Positions 1 to 13,480 of a DNA stretch of 64,000 nt are shown one piece after another (position 1 is the stretch's first letter; each line of letters begins with the position of its first letter). The position numbers and the translations under genes are program-made. The stretch covers positions 216,320,001-216,384,000 of the forward strand of contig NC_058368.1 in NCBI RefSeq assembly GCF_018350175.1. Reading direction: 5' to 3'. A model generated the notes under the pieces. It did not search any database and had not been told where the DNA came from. It saw nothing but the letters and a program-made list of their open reading frames with translations. Origin of the DNA: Felis catus (lineage: Eukaryota).

Positions 1-200
1 GTTTGGTCAGATGCTAGATTGGATCAATGAGTTCAGAGCAAATGTGTTACATGCAGAGACTTGAAAAGCAGTTGAACATTAAAATAGCTCTTTCTTGCTG
101 CTCTTGGGCTAGCCTGCAGGATGGGGAGAGGTACACGGACAAGCTATACCTATTGCTTGAACTGATATCAAGCCAACCAACAGAAATATAACCAAGGTTA

Positions 201-430
201 GGATGCTTGGGTGACTCAGGCAGTTGAACGTCCGACTTCCGCTGAGGTCATGAGTTTGCGTTCATGTTCATAGGATGGAGACCCGGATAGGGCTCGGGGC
301 TGACAGCTCAGAGCCTGGAACCTGCTTTGGATTCCGTGTCTCCCTCTCTCTCTGCCCCTCCTCTGCTTGCTCTCTGTCTCTGTCTGTCTCTCCAAAAATA
401 AAATAAAATGGTTAAACATGTAAAAGCAAA
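201..430 (+). mobile_element. CanSINE (tRNA-derived carnivore SINE)
   Basis: tRNA-like head, CT-rich tract, AATAAA/A tail; TSD agaaatataa(cc/at)aaggtta at 182-200 and 431-449. Confidence 0.93.
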
Positions 431-1054
431 AGAAATATAAATAAGGTTATCTTAAAAATAGTCAGCCCTATGAGCTGAACTTGGAGGCCAGACAATTTGG
501 ACTCCACAAGCACCTTTTGTTGTAACTATTCTGGATTTTGGTCATTGTAGATAGGCTTGTGGTGATATCTCATCATACACTTCCCTAATGACATGTGGAG
601 CATGTTTTCATATGTTTATATGCCATCTGTGTATCTTCTTTGCTGAGGTGTCTGCTCAGATCTTTTGCCCATCTCACAATTTGATAAGTTGTGTTCATTT
701 TTATTTAGTTCAAAATATTTTTAGTTTTAAAGATTTTTTTTTCTTCGAGTCATGTGTTATTTAGAAGTGTGTTTAACCTCCAAGAGTTTTGGGAGTATTC
801 CAGCTTTTTTTCTGTTATTGATTTCCTTCTTAATTCCACTGTGGTCTGAAAGCATCGATTGTATAATTTCTATACTTGTACATTTGTTAAGGTGTATCTT
901 ATAGGCCAGAGGGCAGTCTATTTTGGTGTACATTTCATGTAAGCTTGAGAAAAATGTGCATTCTGTTGTTGGATGAAATATTCTTAGATGACAAATATAT
1001 TCATTTGCTTAAGGGTGCTCTTGAGTTCTGCTATGTCCTTACTAATTTTATGCA

Positions 1055-1267
1055 TTTTTTAATGTTTATTTTTGAGAGAGAGAGAGAGACAGAGACAGAG
1101 TATGAGCGGGGAAGGGGCAGAAAGAGAAGGAGACAGAGAATTGGAAGCAGGCTCCAGGCTCTGAGTGGTCAGCACAGAGCCCAATGCAGGGCTCGAACTC
1201 ACAACCTGTGAGATCATGACCTGAGCCGAAGTCAGATGCCCAACTGACTGAGCCACCCAGGAGCCCC
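1055..1267 (-). mobile_element. CanSINE
   Basis: Reverse CanSINE body; TSD ctaatttt(a/c)tgc at 1042-1053 and 1267-1278. Confidence 0.95.
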
Positions 1268-1520
1268 TAATTTTCTGCGTTTTTGATAAAGGGGTGTTGA
1301 AGACTCCAACTGTAAAAGTGTTTTCATCTGTTTCTCCTTGTAGTTCTCAGTTTTTGCCTCATGTATTTTGATGTTCTGTGGTTAGGCACATACAGATTAA
1401 GAATTCTTAAGGCTTCTTGGAGAATTGACCTCTTTATCATTATGCAATTACCCTTGTTAATATTGGTATTTTTTCTTGTTATTATATATGCTCTGTCTAT
1501 AATTAATATTGCTACTTCCG

Positions 1521-1712
1521 GGGGGCACCTGGGGGGCTCAGTCAGTTAGGCATCTGAGTCATGATCTCGCGGTTCATGAGTTTGAGCCCCTTGTCGGGCT
1601 CTGTGCTGACAGCTCAGCTCCTTGGAACCTGCTTCATATTCTATGTCTCCCTCTCTCTCTCTACCCCTCCCCCCTTCTCAAAAATAAATAAAAAACATTA
1701 AAAAATTAAAAG
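1521..1712 (+). mobile_element. CanSINE with small internal deletion
   Basis: ggggcacctgg head, CT tract, A tail; TSD aatattgctac at 1505-1515 and 1713-1723. Confidence 0.93.
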
Positions 1713-2072
1713 AATATTGCTACATGAAGCTTACTTCTGATTAGTGTTAACATGGTATATCTTTCTTCACCCCTTTATCTTGAAAATATATGTCTCTTTA
1801 TATTTAAGGTGAGTTTTTTATAAATCTCATATAGTGGGGTCTTATTTTTTATTAACTCTGAGAATCTGTCTCTTTTAATTGGGAGCATTTAGACCATTGA
1901 TACCTAAAGTGATTATTTATATGGTTGGCTTAATATCTATATATTTGTTACTGTTGTCTATTTTTCCCTTTGTTCTTTTTCCTATTTTTATCTTCCATTT
2001 GTTTTCTGAAATTTATATGCCTATTTGAATATTTTATATAATTCCACTTTCTCTTATTTTCCAGCTTCTCAA

Positions 2073-2173
2073 ATACATATATATATATTTATAAATATAT
2101 ATATGTACATATATATTTATATATATATGTACATATATATTTATATATATATGTACATATATATATGTATATA
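2073..2173. repeat. AT-rich micro/minisatellite (~24-bp unit containing atatatgtacatatat)
   Basis: Directly visible repeat. Confidence 0.9.
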
Positions 2174-3344
2174 GTTTAGTATTTCCCTAGATTTTTCAAA
2201 ATACTTATATAATTAATTCAAGCATACTTTCAAACAACACTATACTATTTTATGGGTAGTACAAGTAGTTTAGAATATTCCTAATTCCTTCTTCCTATCG
2301 CTTGTATCATTGTGTGATACATTTTTACTATTATTGTGAATGGTTATCTGTTAGATCAATTGCAAATAAAAAAGCTTTTGTTTACCTTCACCTTCCTTCT
2401 CTAGTACTTTTCCTTTTTAAAATGTAGATCCAAGTTTCTGATCCATGTCTGGTAACAAACTTGTGCAATTTTTGTCTCAAAAAGTCTTTATCTCTCTTTT
2501 AGTTCTAAAGGATAATTTCTCAGGATACAGAATTCTATATGATGGTTTTATTTTCTCAACACTTTAAGTATTTCACTCTACTCTCATTGCTTGAATGGTT
2601 CCTGAGAAGCCCACTGTAATTCTTATCTTTGCTCCCGTATAGGTAAGGTTTGCTTCTCTTCCAAGATTTTTTCTTTATCTTTGTTTTTCTGAAGTTTGAT
2701 GATGGATGCATAGGTGTGGGCATTTTTGCTTCCTGGTGTTCTTGGAGATCCCTAGATCTGTGGGTTTGTGCCAAGACATCAATTTGAGAAATTCTGGGTC
2801 ATTGTTTCAAGTATTATTTCTGTTCTCCTCTCTTACGTGTGCTTCTGGAATTCCATTATGTGCAAGTGGTATTTTGTACATGTCCAACGGAGTTTGGATA
2901 TCTTGTCTCTCTCTCTCTCTCTTTTTTTTTTCCCAGTCTTTTTTCTCTTTGCTCTTCGGTTTTGATGTTTCTATTGAAATCACTTTCAAGTGCAGAGATG
3001 CTATCTGCACTCTAGTCACGTCTAGTCATGTCAGTCTAGTCTAGTCACTTCAGTCACGTCTAGTCACCTAAGGAGCCTATCAAAGTATTGTTTACAGTGA
3101 GTCCAGAGTTTTTGATCTCTAGCAGTTTTTTAAAATTTTGTCTTACAATTTTTTTCTCTCTCCTCACATTGTCCATATATTCTTGTATTCTATCTACAGC
3201 ACTGATTAGAGCCTTAACATGTTATTATTCATAGTTGTTTTAAATTCCCAGTCTGATAATTTCAACATCTCTGCCATATTGGAGTCTGGTTATGATGCTT
3301 GCTCTATCCCTTCAAAATGCTGGTTTTGTCTCTTGGTGTGAGTT

Positions 3345-3560
3345 TTTGAATCAGTAGACTGAATAAATATCACCCTTGCCAGTGTGGGAGGGCACCATTC
3401 ACTCTATTGAAGACCTGAATGAAACAAAATGGAGATGGTAGGGTCAACTTTCTCCCTGTGTTTGAGCCATCTATTTTCTCTTGCATTAGGACAATGCCAC
3501 TCGTGGATCTTGGGCTTTGGACACAGATTAGGAGATTAACACCACTCGCCTTCATTTTCA
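3345..3560 (+). mobile_element. MLT2-like (ERVL) LTR fragment
   Basis: Resembles recalled MLT2 text (gaatcagtagactgaataaa..cacccttgccagtgtgggagggcaccattc..gaagacctgaat). Confidence 0.6.
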
Positions 3561-4330
3561 ACTTGATATAGACAAATTTTACGCAAAACAGTCATAATCT
3601 ACCTTGCCAGACATCTCTCATAAATTCATCTAATAGACAAGCTTCACAGAGAAGTTGCTCTTTGTATGCTTTTATCAATAGAGGTTTCTGAGAATATTAT
3701 AAATCAGTAATTTTGATCTGATGTATAGCTCCTGGCTGGGGCATATAAAATACAGTTGAGAAACCATTCTGTGTGCACAACTACTATTTCTGTTTATTAA
3801 TGTTTTTATGAAACTGATTGATTTACAGAATAACATAATCAACACTTCAAGTTCACAATTCTCTTTTTAGTGTTATCTGTGTGATCAATTACCATATGTT
3901 AAAACAGAGTTATTCACAATTAAAAGTGATACAATGGTTTTATATTTTTAAATAGTGGTCCCATGTTTAATCTGAGTGAGGAGGGCTGAGTCAGTGAGAG
4001 TGAAATCAGCTGTCATCTTAATCATCACCCTTGGAGTTGATCAATGACTAGCTAGAAATTTGAAGATTATCAGTCACTGAGCAAACACTGTACCCTTTGA
4101 TCACTCTCCCATTTCCAAAATTAGCATCCTGAGTGATTCTCTCCTAGATAGGAGGGTCCATACTTTCATTTTAATAGTATAACATTTATTACATTGTCTC
4201 CCCATTGAGAACCTTAAGTACTTCTGCTGTTTTTAGGAGTGCCCAAACTAAACATGGGATGATAATGGAAGTGACCATGGGGTAACAAATTTGGATTTAT
4301 TGGAATTTACTCTCTCAACTCAAATAGAAA

Positions 4331-4337
4331 ACACACA

Positions 4338-4374
<37 letters not shown>
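4331..4374. repeat. (CA)n microsatellite
   Basis: Directly visible. Confidence 0.97.
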
Positions 4375-4377
<3 letters not shown>

Positions 4378-4576
4378 GATACACATCACTGAAGTCATTT
4401 GTTACTATACTCATATGCATATATTTTATGTTCATGTGAAAGAATAGTTCAGTCAAATATACAGGTCTTATGTTTTTCTCTGTTCCCAGAAATCTTACTT
4501 AAAGCTTCTTTTAAAGAGATCTATTGATTGACTGATTGAGTGATATAGAATTTTACCATCAATATTTAGAGAAGGT

Positions 4577-5116
4577 ATGTATGGTAAAGTAATGACCCCA
4601 CCACAAATTTTTCACATCCTGATCACGGAACCTTTAAACCGTAGACATATTACTTTGCATGGCCAAAAAAATTGCGGAGGTGATTAAATTAAAATATTGA
4701 GATGTGGAGATTATCTTTGACTACCAGGTGAAGAGTTGACTACAAGGTGAAGATTATCTTTGACTACCGGGTGAAGAGAAAGTGAGAAGAGTTGCCATAT
4801 GAGAAGGGGACAGAAGTAGATGTCAGAGTAAGAGAGAGATTTAAAGATGCCAGGTTGCTAGAGTTGAATATGGAAAAGGGGCAATGAGTCAAGGAATACA
4901 GGTGGTCTCCAGAACTGGAAAAGGCAAAGAAATAAATTCTTACCTAAAACCTCCAGAAAAGGACAGTTTTACCAACAGCCCGACATCAGCCCACTGAGAC
5001 CGATTTTGTACTTTGACTTCCAAAACTGTAAGATAATACTGTATATGTATATTGTTTTAAGGTACTACTAAGTTAGTGGAAATTTGTTTTAAAAAGTAAC
5101 AGTGAACTACTATAAA
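4577..5116 (+). mobile_element. MaLR LTR, MLT1D-like
   Basis: MLT1 hallmarks: gtgattaaattaa..ttgagatgtggagattatc; agaactggaaaaggcaaagaaa; aactgtaagataata..ttgttttaag. Confidence 0.8.
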
Positions 5117-5119
5117 CAT

Positions 5120-5560
5120 GAAATACAAAATTTTCTGAATCATACGTGCTTGACCCATTTAATGTCATAGAACAAGTATCGAAGTTCAAAGAAATTGCAA
5201 CTAAAAATAGATAATTAGCTTGGAAATCAATAATGAAAAGGATAAATAAGTACAATGCTTTTGAAATTTGAAAGCACTCTACTAAATAATTCATGGATCA
5301 AAGGAGAAGTAAAATGTATATGTAAAAAATTAAAACAAAATGTAGTGAAAATAAGTAGAAGGAAATACATAGTCTTAAATTATATACAAAAATATTTTTA
5401 AAAACTTTGAAAATATCAAGTTAAGTCTTCAGATTAAGAATTTAGAGAAAGAATAAAAAAAATTAAAAAATTAAAATAAGTGGAGAATATTCTGAAGATA
5501 CATTAAAAAAATCAAATAAGAAAGAAAACTCTACTAATAAGGGATTTTTTTCCTGGGCAA
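5120..5560 (+). mobile_element. Old L1 ORF2 fragment
   Basis: A-rich L1-like text (actaaataattcatggatcaaaggagaa). Confidence 0.55.
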
Positions 5561-7489
5561 CAAGAAACCTTGTGGAAACTGGATTCAATGAAAGGTGGCA
5601 AGAAAAAAAGAATGAAAATATATATAATACTTTTTTCCCCACCTAATATCACTTCTTCTTGGTCCCTGTCCTAAAGATCTTCCCTTTGCTTTACCTTCAC
5701 CCAGTTCATGTTCTTTCCCTGGTCATCAGTTTAGCAAAATGAATTTTAGCTAAACATGTTCTAGATTCATGATGGGTCATGCTTAAATGTAAGTGTATCT
5801 GGGCAAGACATACCTTCTCCTTCTTTCTCTTTGTTTTCTTTCCTTTTTCCCCTACCTGGAAAACTTCCTCTAAGGAATATCTTAGTCTTGGTGTACTAAG
5901 ACCATGCCAAAAAGGGCATGAATTAACCTTTTTAGCTTAGATTGTCCTCCTCCTATTTAAAGCTCCTAATAAGGCTCAGCCTGTTACCAAGGAAGATGTC
6001 TACTGTTACCAAGGAAGATGGCTTGGCCTTTGTAGATCTTGCACATGTCTACAACACTGAACTGTTTCCAAAACTGAAAAAAAAAAATGAAGAAGAAAAG
6101 AAGGAAAGAAGGAGGAAAGGAAAGAAGGAAGGGTAGAAGGAAAGAAGGGAAAGAAAACAAAATAAAGGTATAAAAACAATGTCCAAAGTGTTCACGGATA
6201 GAAAAAATTGGGAGAAAGTACATATAAACAATATTGTAGATGAAAAATATGTCAGGTTGCCAACAATTATATAAATATAATAAACCCTGTATTAGTAGAA
6301 AGGTCAAGGTGCTGGGGTGTGCTTAGTTTGAAAAAGTATTACATAATTTAGATAGCATTTAATATACCATGAAACACTATGCTGCTGTTGATCAAAAAAA
6401 CAGAAATAAATTAAGCCCTTTTTTTTATCATTCTTTAAGGATTATTCCTACAAATGGAATGCATATAAATATTGGCTAATAAACTTGCAAAACTGCAGAC
6501 AAACATTTGCTATCAGATATATTAATTCATAATATACCATTTTTCAGGTAATTATAGATGCAGCTGAATAGTAGTCACCTCAAAAGCACATAGGTATTTT
6601 AAAACATCTACTTTAAAGATTTGATACTTTGATACAAATCTGATACTTAGGCATATGCTATGAACCTATAGACATTTTGCAATTCCTCCTTTTTCTTCAA
6701 ATTAAAATTATATCATACAATATAGCATATGATAAATAATAAAAAGTAAATATCTACTTTAAGTACTTATTTTCCTTAAAGTTCACCACTTTATTTAAAT
6801 TTTGTATATAACATGGAATGAAACATATTTCTAAATACAGAATTTAGTGTTCATTCTATAAAATACTGCTATCTACAGTTGTGATCATTTATTCATTTCT
6901 TATACTTTTTCATTTTTTCTAATTTTGGGATAGATATATTTGTTCATTCGCACAGCTTATTGTGTTGGAAAAATTAATCACAAGCTATTTCTCTAAGAAA
7001 AATATGTGCCGCATTTATTCATTTGAAATCTATTTGCTTCTTATTGGTTGTATAAAATCCCAGGGATGTGGAGCTGTGCTCTAACACATTATTTCATACA
7101 TTTTAATACTTCAGATAGGTCCAAAGTGTAAAGAAGGTGTATATGTACATTTATTCTTTGCACTCCCACTTAAGTCTCCAGACGTCCAGCGAAATATATA
7201 GTTAGTGTAAGTAGTATCTTATTTATCTTGAAGTACATCAGTTTCTTGACAGTATAAATGTCTATGTCATATTTAAAAATGCTAAAAATCACAATCCACT
7301 TTGAAATAAGTTTTTACCCATGAATCCAGTCATTATTTTATTAAATTCTTGTTTACTCAAAAGCAAGATATTACATAAATCTCACAAACATTATACTTTG
7401 TTTGGAATTTGACACTATCAAATGGCCTCTGCAATTTGATCATATCATGGTATCAGGGAAATAAAGCAGGACTTGTACCTGAGAGATGG

Positions 7490-7494
7490 AGAGA

Positions 7495-7534
<40 letters not shown>
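7490..7534. repeat. (GA)n microsatellite
   Basis: Directly visible. Confidence 0.95.
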
Positions 7535-7536
<2 letters not shown>

Positions 7537-8319
7537 CTATCTTATCTCAGTTGCTTCCACTTCAGCTTTTCTGATTTTTATGAGCCTAATTTTTCTCTTT
7601 TGCATATTTAGAAAATAAGATTGTTTTTTCTCTTATTTCACTTACAAAAGAAAACAAAAATTAATTAGAGTTTTCCGATTTCTATTATTCACATTGAGTA
7701 GTTTACCTCATTCCAAGAGAAAGTGCCCATGGTTCACCTACACAGGCTCTATGCAGGTTTTCACGCTGTGTCTATCCTTCAACAGACAATTGACTAGCGG
7801 CTTTAAAGTGACTGTGGATTTGTCATCCGCCAATAGCCACCCATTCATTTTAAATAAAAGAAGAGTCTCTTTGGTCTGCATTGTGATTCTTCTTCCACAG
7901 AGATGGCATTTTCAACATACTAGATAGATTGCTCAAGTTGTATCAAAGAGAAGCAATTCATCTGTGACAAACCGAGAGCCATAAAAGAGTTAAGACTCAC
8001 ACTACCTGCCTCTAATCCAATAAGAAAGGTTGGGTTTATCTTTCACGGATGAGAACAAAGAAATTAACTGACCCATGAAATGAGAAATGTAACTGAATAA
8101 CTTCTGGATGTGAAAGGAGAAAAGTTGTTGATGGAGTATCACACAATTTTGAACACAGAATAATATGGTGCAGGGAGGGAGGTGGGGCATCCAAAATGGT
8201 TGAGTTGGTCAAGAAAATGTGATATAAGTTTTATATAAGGTAAATATAATTAAAATGTCACTAAGCTTTGGTAAAAATAACCCTCTTTCCAGGACGTATT
8301 TTAATTTCCACCCAACTTG

Positions 8320-8320
8320 C

Positions 8321-8355
<35 letters not shown>

Positions 8356-8436
8356 CATCCATCTATCTATCATCTATCTATCCATCCATCCATCTATCCA
8401 TCTATCTAATCTACCTATCATCTCTATCATCTATCC
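8320..8436. repeat. Compound (CTAT)n/(CCAT)n microsatellite
   Basis: Directly visible. Confidence 0.95.
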
Positions 8437-8510
8437 CTGAACAAATATATGTGTCTATATGTAGCACTGTGAATATGAAAATAATCATCTTTCAGGATTA
8501 AAAAAAATGT

Positions 8511-8523
8511 AATGTTTATTTAT

Positions 8524-8571
<48 letters not shown>

Positions 8572-8738
8572 GTGCAAGCAAGGGAGGGGCAGAGAGTGAG
8601 GGAGACACAGACTCTGAAGCAGGCTCCAGGTTCCAAGCTGTCAGCACAGAGCCTAATGCAGTGTTCGAGCTTAGGAACCATGAGATCATGACCTGAGCTG
8701 AAGTTGGAGGCTTAACCAACTGAGCTACCCAGAGTCCC
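8511..8738 (-). mobile_element. CanSINE with expanded (GA)n
   Basis: Reverse CanSINE body. Confidence 0.93.
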
Positions 8739-8829
8739 TTGTGGTTTTAAATATGTAAATGTGTCCATGTAAATGTAAATATGTAAATATTCATCTGAAT
8801 TAAAAGAATAACATTGATAATAACACTAA

Positions 8830-9080
8830 TAGTGTAAACACATCCAATACTTTTAACGTAGGTAGGCATACCTCTAGTGATTTTACTCATAAAATTAGTT
8901 TAATCTTCAGAAAAGATTTATTCAGTAGAAGCCAGTTTATCCATATGTTACAGTTGAGAAAACTGAGGAATAGAAGGTTTAAATAACTTTTCCCAGGTCA
9001 CTGAACCAGTAAGCTGGGAAAGAGTTTTTAAACCTTACAAGTCTGAATTCAGAGCATGTGAATTTAACTACTGTGATATA
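8830..9080 (-). mobile_element. MIR
   Basis: MIR core acagttgagaaaactgagg..aaataacttttcccaggtcac. Confidence 0.75.
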
Positions 9081-9719
9081 TCACACTTCAGTTTGACTAC
9101 CATCGATTCTTGAGTTAAAATGAATAATGGAAACTATTATTGAATCTGCATCTGTTCCAATGGGGGTAAAAATTCAGTCTACAGGATATTCCTAGAAAAA
9201 TAAATAGCACCAACAAATTCTGAGTAATTGTTGAGGGAAAACAAAACAAAACAAAATGAATAATTGGATAAATAATTCTTAACAATGAAAATCAATCCTA
9301 TTTTCAGTAAATTTGATGAGTGTGGGATTCATGAATCCAAGTGCTATTCCAATAAACCTGGACACCTCTGAGAGTTATAATTGAATTACCTATCTTGGAA
9401 AGGATCTGGCACCTATAATTTAACTCAGTGATCATAATTTTAACCTCTATTTTTTGTACAAGCTTTTCCTACCAGTTCAAGAACAGTAAGTCTTAGTTTC
9501 CGTTCTGAATTTTTGTAGATGCCTCATTCTGTTTGTAAGACTATTATGAAATATTTGTGCAGTATAAAGTTATTTTAATTTATAAAATATATTAATGATC
9601 TGATGTGTAGTCATGCATCTATCTATATAGCTTTAAAATTTGATTACATTTTATATGTAATGTTTAATTGGATGATATATTGAAATTTTCCATATCATGA
9701 AATAGATATTACCAACAAA

Positions 9720-10740
9720 CCTCCCTGTGTAATATTTTAGTCATTAGTGTAGCCCCAAAAGCCACTATTTCAATTCTAACACCATAGATTAGGTTTTGGG
9801 GGGTTATTTATTTATTTATTTTTCTGCATATATCACTAGTTTGCATCTTTTCATTAGCTACATATTCTTTTATAAGATTCAACTTTGTTGTTATGTTGTT
9901 TCAGGTAGAAATAATTATATTTTATTGCTGTGTAGTATTCTATTTTATAAAGGCATCAACATTTTTAATCATTTTGATGTTTCTGGGCATTTGAATTGCT
10001 TGTCATATTGGGAGTAATTTTTTGCTTAACATGTGGACACATGTTGGAGATTTGTCATATATATATTCAAAGAAGTTAAATTTCTGGGGGCACCTGGGTG
10101 GCTCAGTTGGTTAGGTGTCTGACTTCAGCTCAGGTCATGATCTCAGGTTATGAATTCGAGCCCTGTGTCAGGTTCCATGCTGACAGCTCAGAGCATGGAA
10201 TCTGCTTCAGATTCTGTGTTTCCCTCTCTCTCTCTCTCTGCCCCTCCCCCACTCACGCTCTCTCTCTGTCTCTCAAAAATGAATAAATGTGAAAACTTTT
10301 TTTTTTGAGTTAAATATACAGTGCTGTATATGTTTAGCTTATAGTAGATCCTGGCAAAAAAGATTTCCACACTGGCTGTAAAAATTTATGCTCCCAACAG
10401 CAATTAGAATTACAGCTATTGCAAATTCTTACCAGCGCATAGTATTATTGTTTGATTTTTTTTCATTAACAGAACATGGATTATCGTAGGTGCCACAATG
10501 AAGTTTTAATTACTTTTTTTAGTGACTAACGAAGTTGATTACCTTTTTACGTGTCTATTGATCATTTTGAAATCCTCTTCTTTAGAATGGCATTCTAATC
10601 CTTTTGCCAATTTACAGAGTTTGCTCTATTTTGCTACTTGATTTGTAAAAGTTCTTTGTATACCTTATAAAAGGACACTTTATCATATGCATGTACATCT
10701 TCTTTTAGTCTTTTAATAGTGTCATTTAATGAAAAGCAAC
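9720..10740 (-). mobile_element. Old L1 (L1ME-like) 3' region, interrupted by a SINE
   Basis: Antisense L1 3' text (ttattgctgtgtagtattctattt; gggcatttgaattgctt; gtgactaacgaagttga). Confidence 0.6.
10086..10305 (+). mobile_element. CanSINE
   Basis: ggggcacctgggtggctcag head, CT tract, tail; flanking agttaaat repeat. Confidence 0.95.
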
Positions 10741-10743
10741 TCA

Positions 10744-10939
10744 TTTTTATTGTACATATTTAAAGTGCACAATTTTTTATTGTACATATTTAAGGTGTAC
10801 AATTTGGTAGGTTGGTACACATATACTTCAAGAAATAATCACTACAATCAAGCTAATTAACATGTTAGTCGCTTTACATAGTTAACCTTTGTTCTTTTAT
10901 TTTCTGCTGAGAATACTTAGGATCTATTCTCTTAGCAAG
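10744..10939 (-). mobile_element. L1MA-type 3' end fragment
   Basis: ttgtacatatttaaggtgtacaat..caatcaagctaattaacat..gatctattctcttagcaa. Confidence 0.75.
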
Positions 10940-10945
10940 ATGCTA

Positions 10946-11113
10946 AGGTCATGACCTCACAGTTCGTGGGTTCCAGCCCTGCCTCAGGGTCTGTGCTGAC
11001 AGTTCAGAGCCTGACGCCTGCTTCATATTCCATCTCCCTCATTTTCTGCCCCTCCCCCGCTCACACTCTGTCTGTCTCTCTCAAAAATAAATAAACCTCA
11101 AAAAAAAAAAAAG
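10946..11113 (+). mobile_element. 5'-truncated CanSINE
   Basis: Begins at ggtcatgacctcacag (no A-box head); intact CT tract and A tail. Confidence 0.9.
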
Positions 11114-11507
11114 AAGAAATAACACTTATTTGTGTTCTATTAAAAATGTTTGCCCAGTCCACTTTAATTTATCAAAGGCGATACTTATGACCCCATGTAA
11201 CTATAAAATTTTTATTATGCGTTACACAATTTTAGTAGCAGAAAACAATTTGGTGGTGATATCAAAGTTCTCTAAAAAACATTCATTCATTCCAGAACTA
11301 ATCTTTTCCCACTCTCAAATTCTTGGTTTTGAGCTAAACATTGTGACATACACTTTACCTTTAAAAAGTTTGAGAAAATATTTCTTCCTCTTGATACAGC
11401 ATTTTAAATTTATTAAATTTAAGTTTTATTAATTTGCAATATTGCAACAAAAAGTGAAGAAAGCACTCAGATGGAAATTACAAGCAAGATGTTTTCTTTC
11501 TATTTTA

Positions 11508-11732
11508 TTTCATTTCTTTAATTTTTTAAAATATTTATTTACTTTTGACAGAGAGAGAGACAGAGCATGAGCAGGGGAGGGGCAGAGAGAGAGGGAGACA
11601 CAGACTCGGAAGCAGGCTCCAGGCTCTGAGCTGTCAGCACGGAGCCCATCACTGGGCTTGAACTCACAGACCAGGAGATCACGACCTGAGCCGAAGTCGG
11701 ACGCTCAACCGACTGAGCCACCCAGGCGCCCC
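11508..11732 (-). mobile_element. CanSINE (CpG-rich, young)
   Basis: TSD ttctttctatttta at 11494-11507 and 11733-11746. Confidence 0.96.
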
Positions 11733-13099
11733 TTCTTTCTATTTTACACCAAACTTGTATGATCTCAGAATGACTGTTTCTACCTTCCATCAGCAACTAA
11801 AGGTACCAAGTTATTTTGATCTACTTGTAAACAAGTTTGAGTGGATGGCTAGTTAGTATATATCAAGGTCCTATGTCCTTTATAGTATACAGTAGTTTAC
11901 TGATTCTTGAGCAGTGCAATTAGAAGCCTGTGTAGTTGGCTTAAAAATGTCCCACAATGATACCGTTTTTAAATCAGAGGGGAATATTCCAAAATCATGT
12001 GCTTATAAAATCATATATATAGCCCAATAACACAATATGGCCCCTTAATCTTCGGTTCCTTGCAGGTTTGACTTTAGAGCATCAGTCATTTTTATGAAAA
12101 CTTGTGTATTTAAATGAATATGTATGCAAGTATATTTACTCTTCAAAAAGTGTCCATAAATATCATCCAATTTTGAGAGTGTATGATTCACCCCATAGAG
12201 ATTAAGAGCAACTGTCCTTGAATAATCTTCCTTATGAAAATAATGTAAAAAATCATAGCAAGTAAATAAGGCATGCCGCTGGTTGCTGCCTGCCTGTTTA
12301 TGATCACTGTCCTGCTGGGCTTATTTTATATCCTTCCATTTATACTCTAGGAGTGAGCCATTTTTGAACAGTGATAAATAGAGATACAGAACAGCACTTC
12401 TTAATTCTTCCACATTTTAACATTTAAAGTTTGTAAGTTTCTTGTAACTAAAAGCCACTGTCCTTTTCCAATGGTAACTGTTATTAAATCCTTTGGAATA
12501 CATTCAGTTTTCAACAAATTAGGAAAACGGAAAATGTTGAATATCCACTAATGTTGGTCAAATGGACATTATTTTCTTTCTTTTACGTATCGTTTCTGAC
12601 GAATAAGCCTGAGATATGTGGAGACCCAGCAAATGAAGGGAGTGACTGACTTTATTTATATTCCAAATCTATATAACTAGTTTCCAAATGTTAACATTAA
12701 GCAAGTGCATCACAATAGAATAAAATATTGACACTGGAGAAGCTAAGTGAAGATTTATAGACATATTTGCCATTTAAAAATTTTTTTAAATCTAAAAATA
12801 TATCAAACTTTAAAAAATATAAATAAAAGAAACACTGTCATTAAATACAATCTTTTGTGAAAAGCCATTGTGCAAAATTAAGATTGTATGACCGAAAATG
12901 TGCAAGGGGTACAAGAAGGGTTGGGAGTGTTATCAGAACACATTATGAAATTATACCCAAGCAACTTATATGGCCCTTTTCAACTTTCAAGTTAAAGTAT
13001 TCTATAGGTGGAAGAAATGTTAAAAGAAAAACAAATAGACAGTTTTTCCATGAATGGTGATCATTAGCTTTTGATGACACCTGTAGTATATTCATGGTT

Positions 13100-13480
13100 T
13101 ATTTTCATAGACTTATAAATGTGTGTTAATCCCTACTGAGTATTTTGTGCAAGAGAGTCAACAGTGAAATATACCAAACCCATCCCTGCCCAAAGGAGTC
13201 TTAGACTAGTGAGAAACCCAGCAAACCATAAAATAAGCAAATAACTAAATGTAAATTTGCATCTATGATAGGTGCTGTAAGAAAGTGTTCATGGATATAA
13301 AAGTGTATAAGCAGTTTAGAAGGGGTGGAGATTTTCCTGTGATGGAAAATCCTAAATTGTCCTTTGAAGAAAATTAATAATGATCTACTGTGTATCTGCA
13401 GATAGCTTGCTGATTTGAGCTGGAAATGGATTTTCCAGGTGTCTTGGTCCGCCAAGGACTGGCAGAGAAAGATAGTAAAC
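13100..13480 (-). mobile_element. L2 fragment
   Basis: L2-like text (acagtgaaa..catccctgccc..ggagtcttagactagtg). Confidence 0.45.

Larger units (their letters stand above)
520..3330 (-). mobile_element. Old L1 (L1M-type) remnants covering ORF2 pieces and ORF1, interrupted by two SINEs and an AT microsatellite
   Basis: Antisense L1 ORF2-like text at 520-680 and 740-1500; minus ORF 2556-2774 resembles degraded L1 ORF1 (PTPMH..NFRKTKIKKKSWK). Confidence 0.75.
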
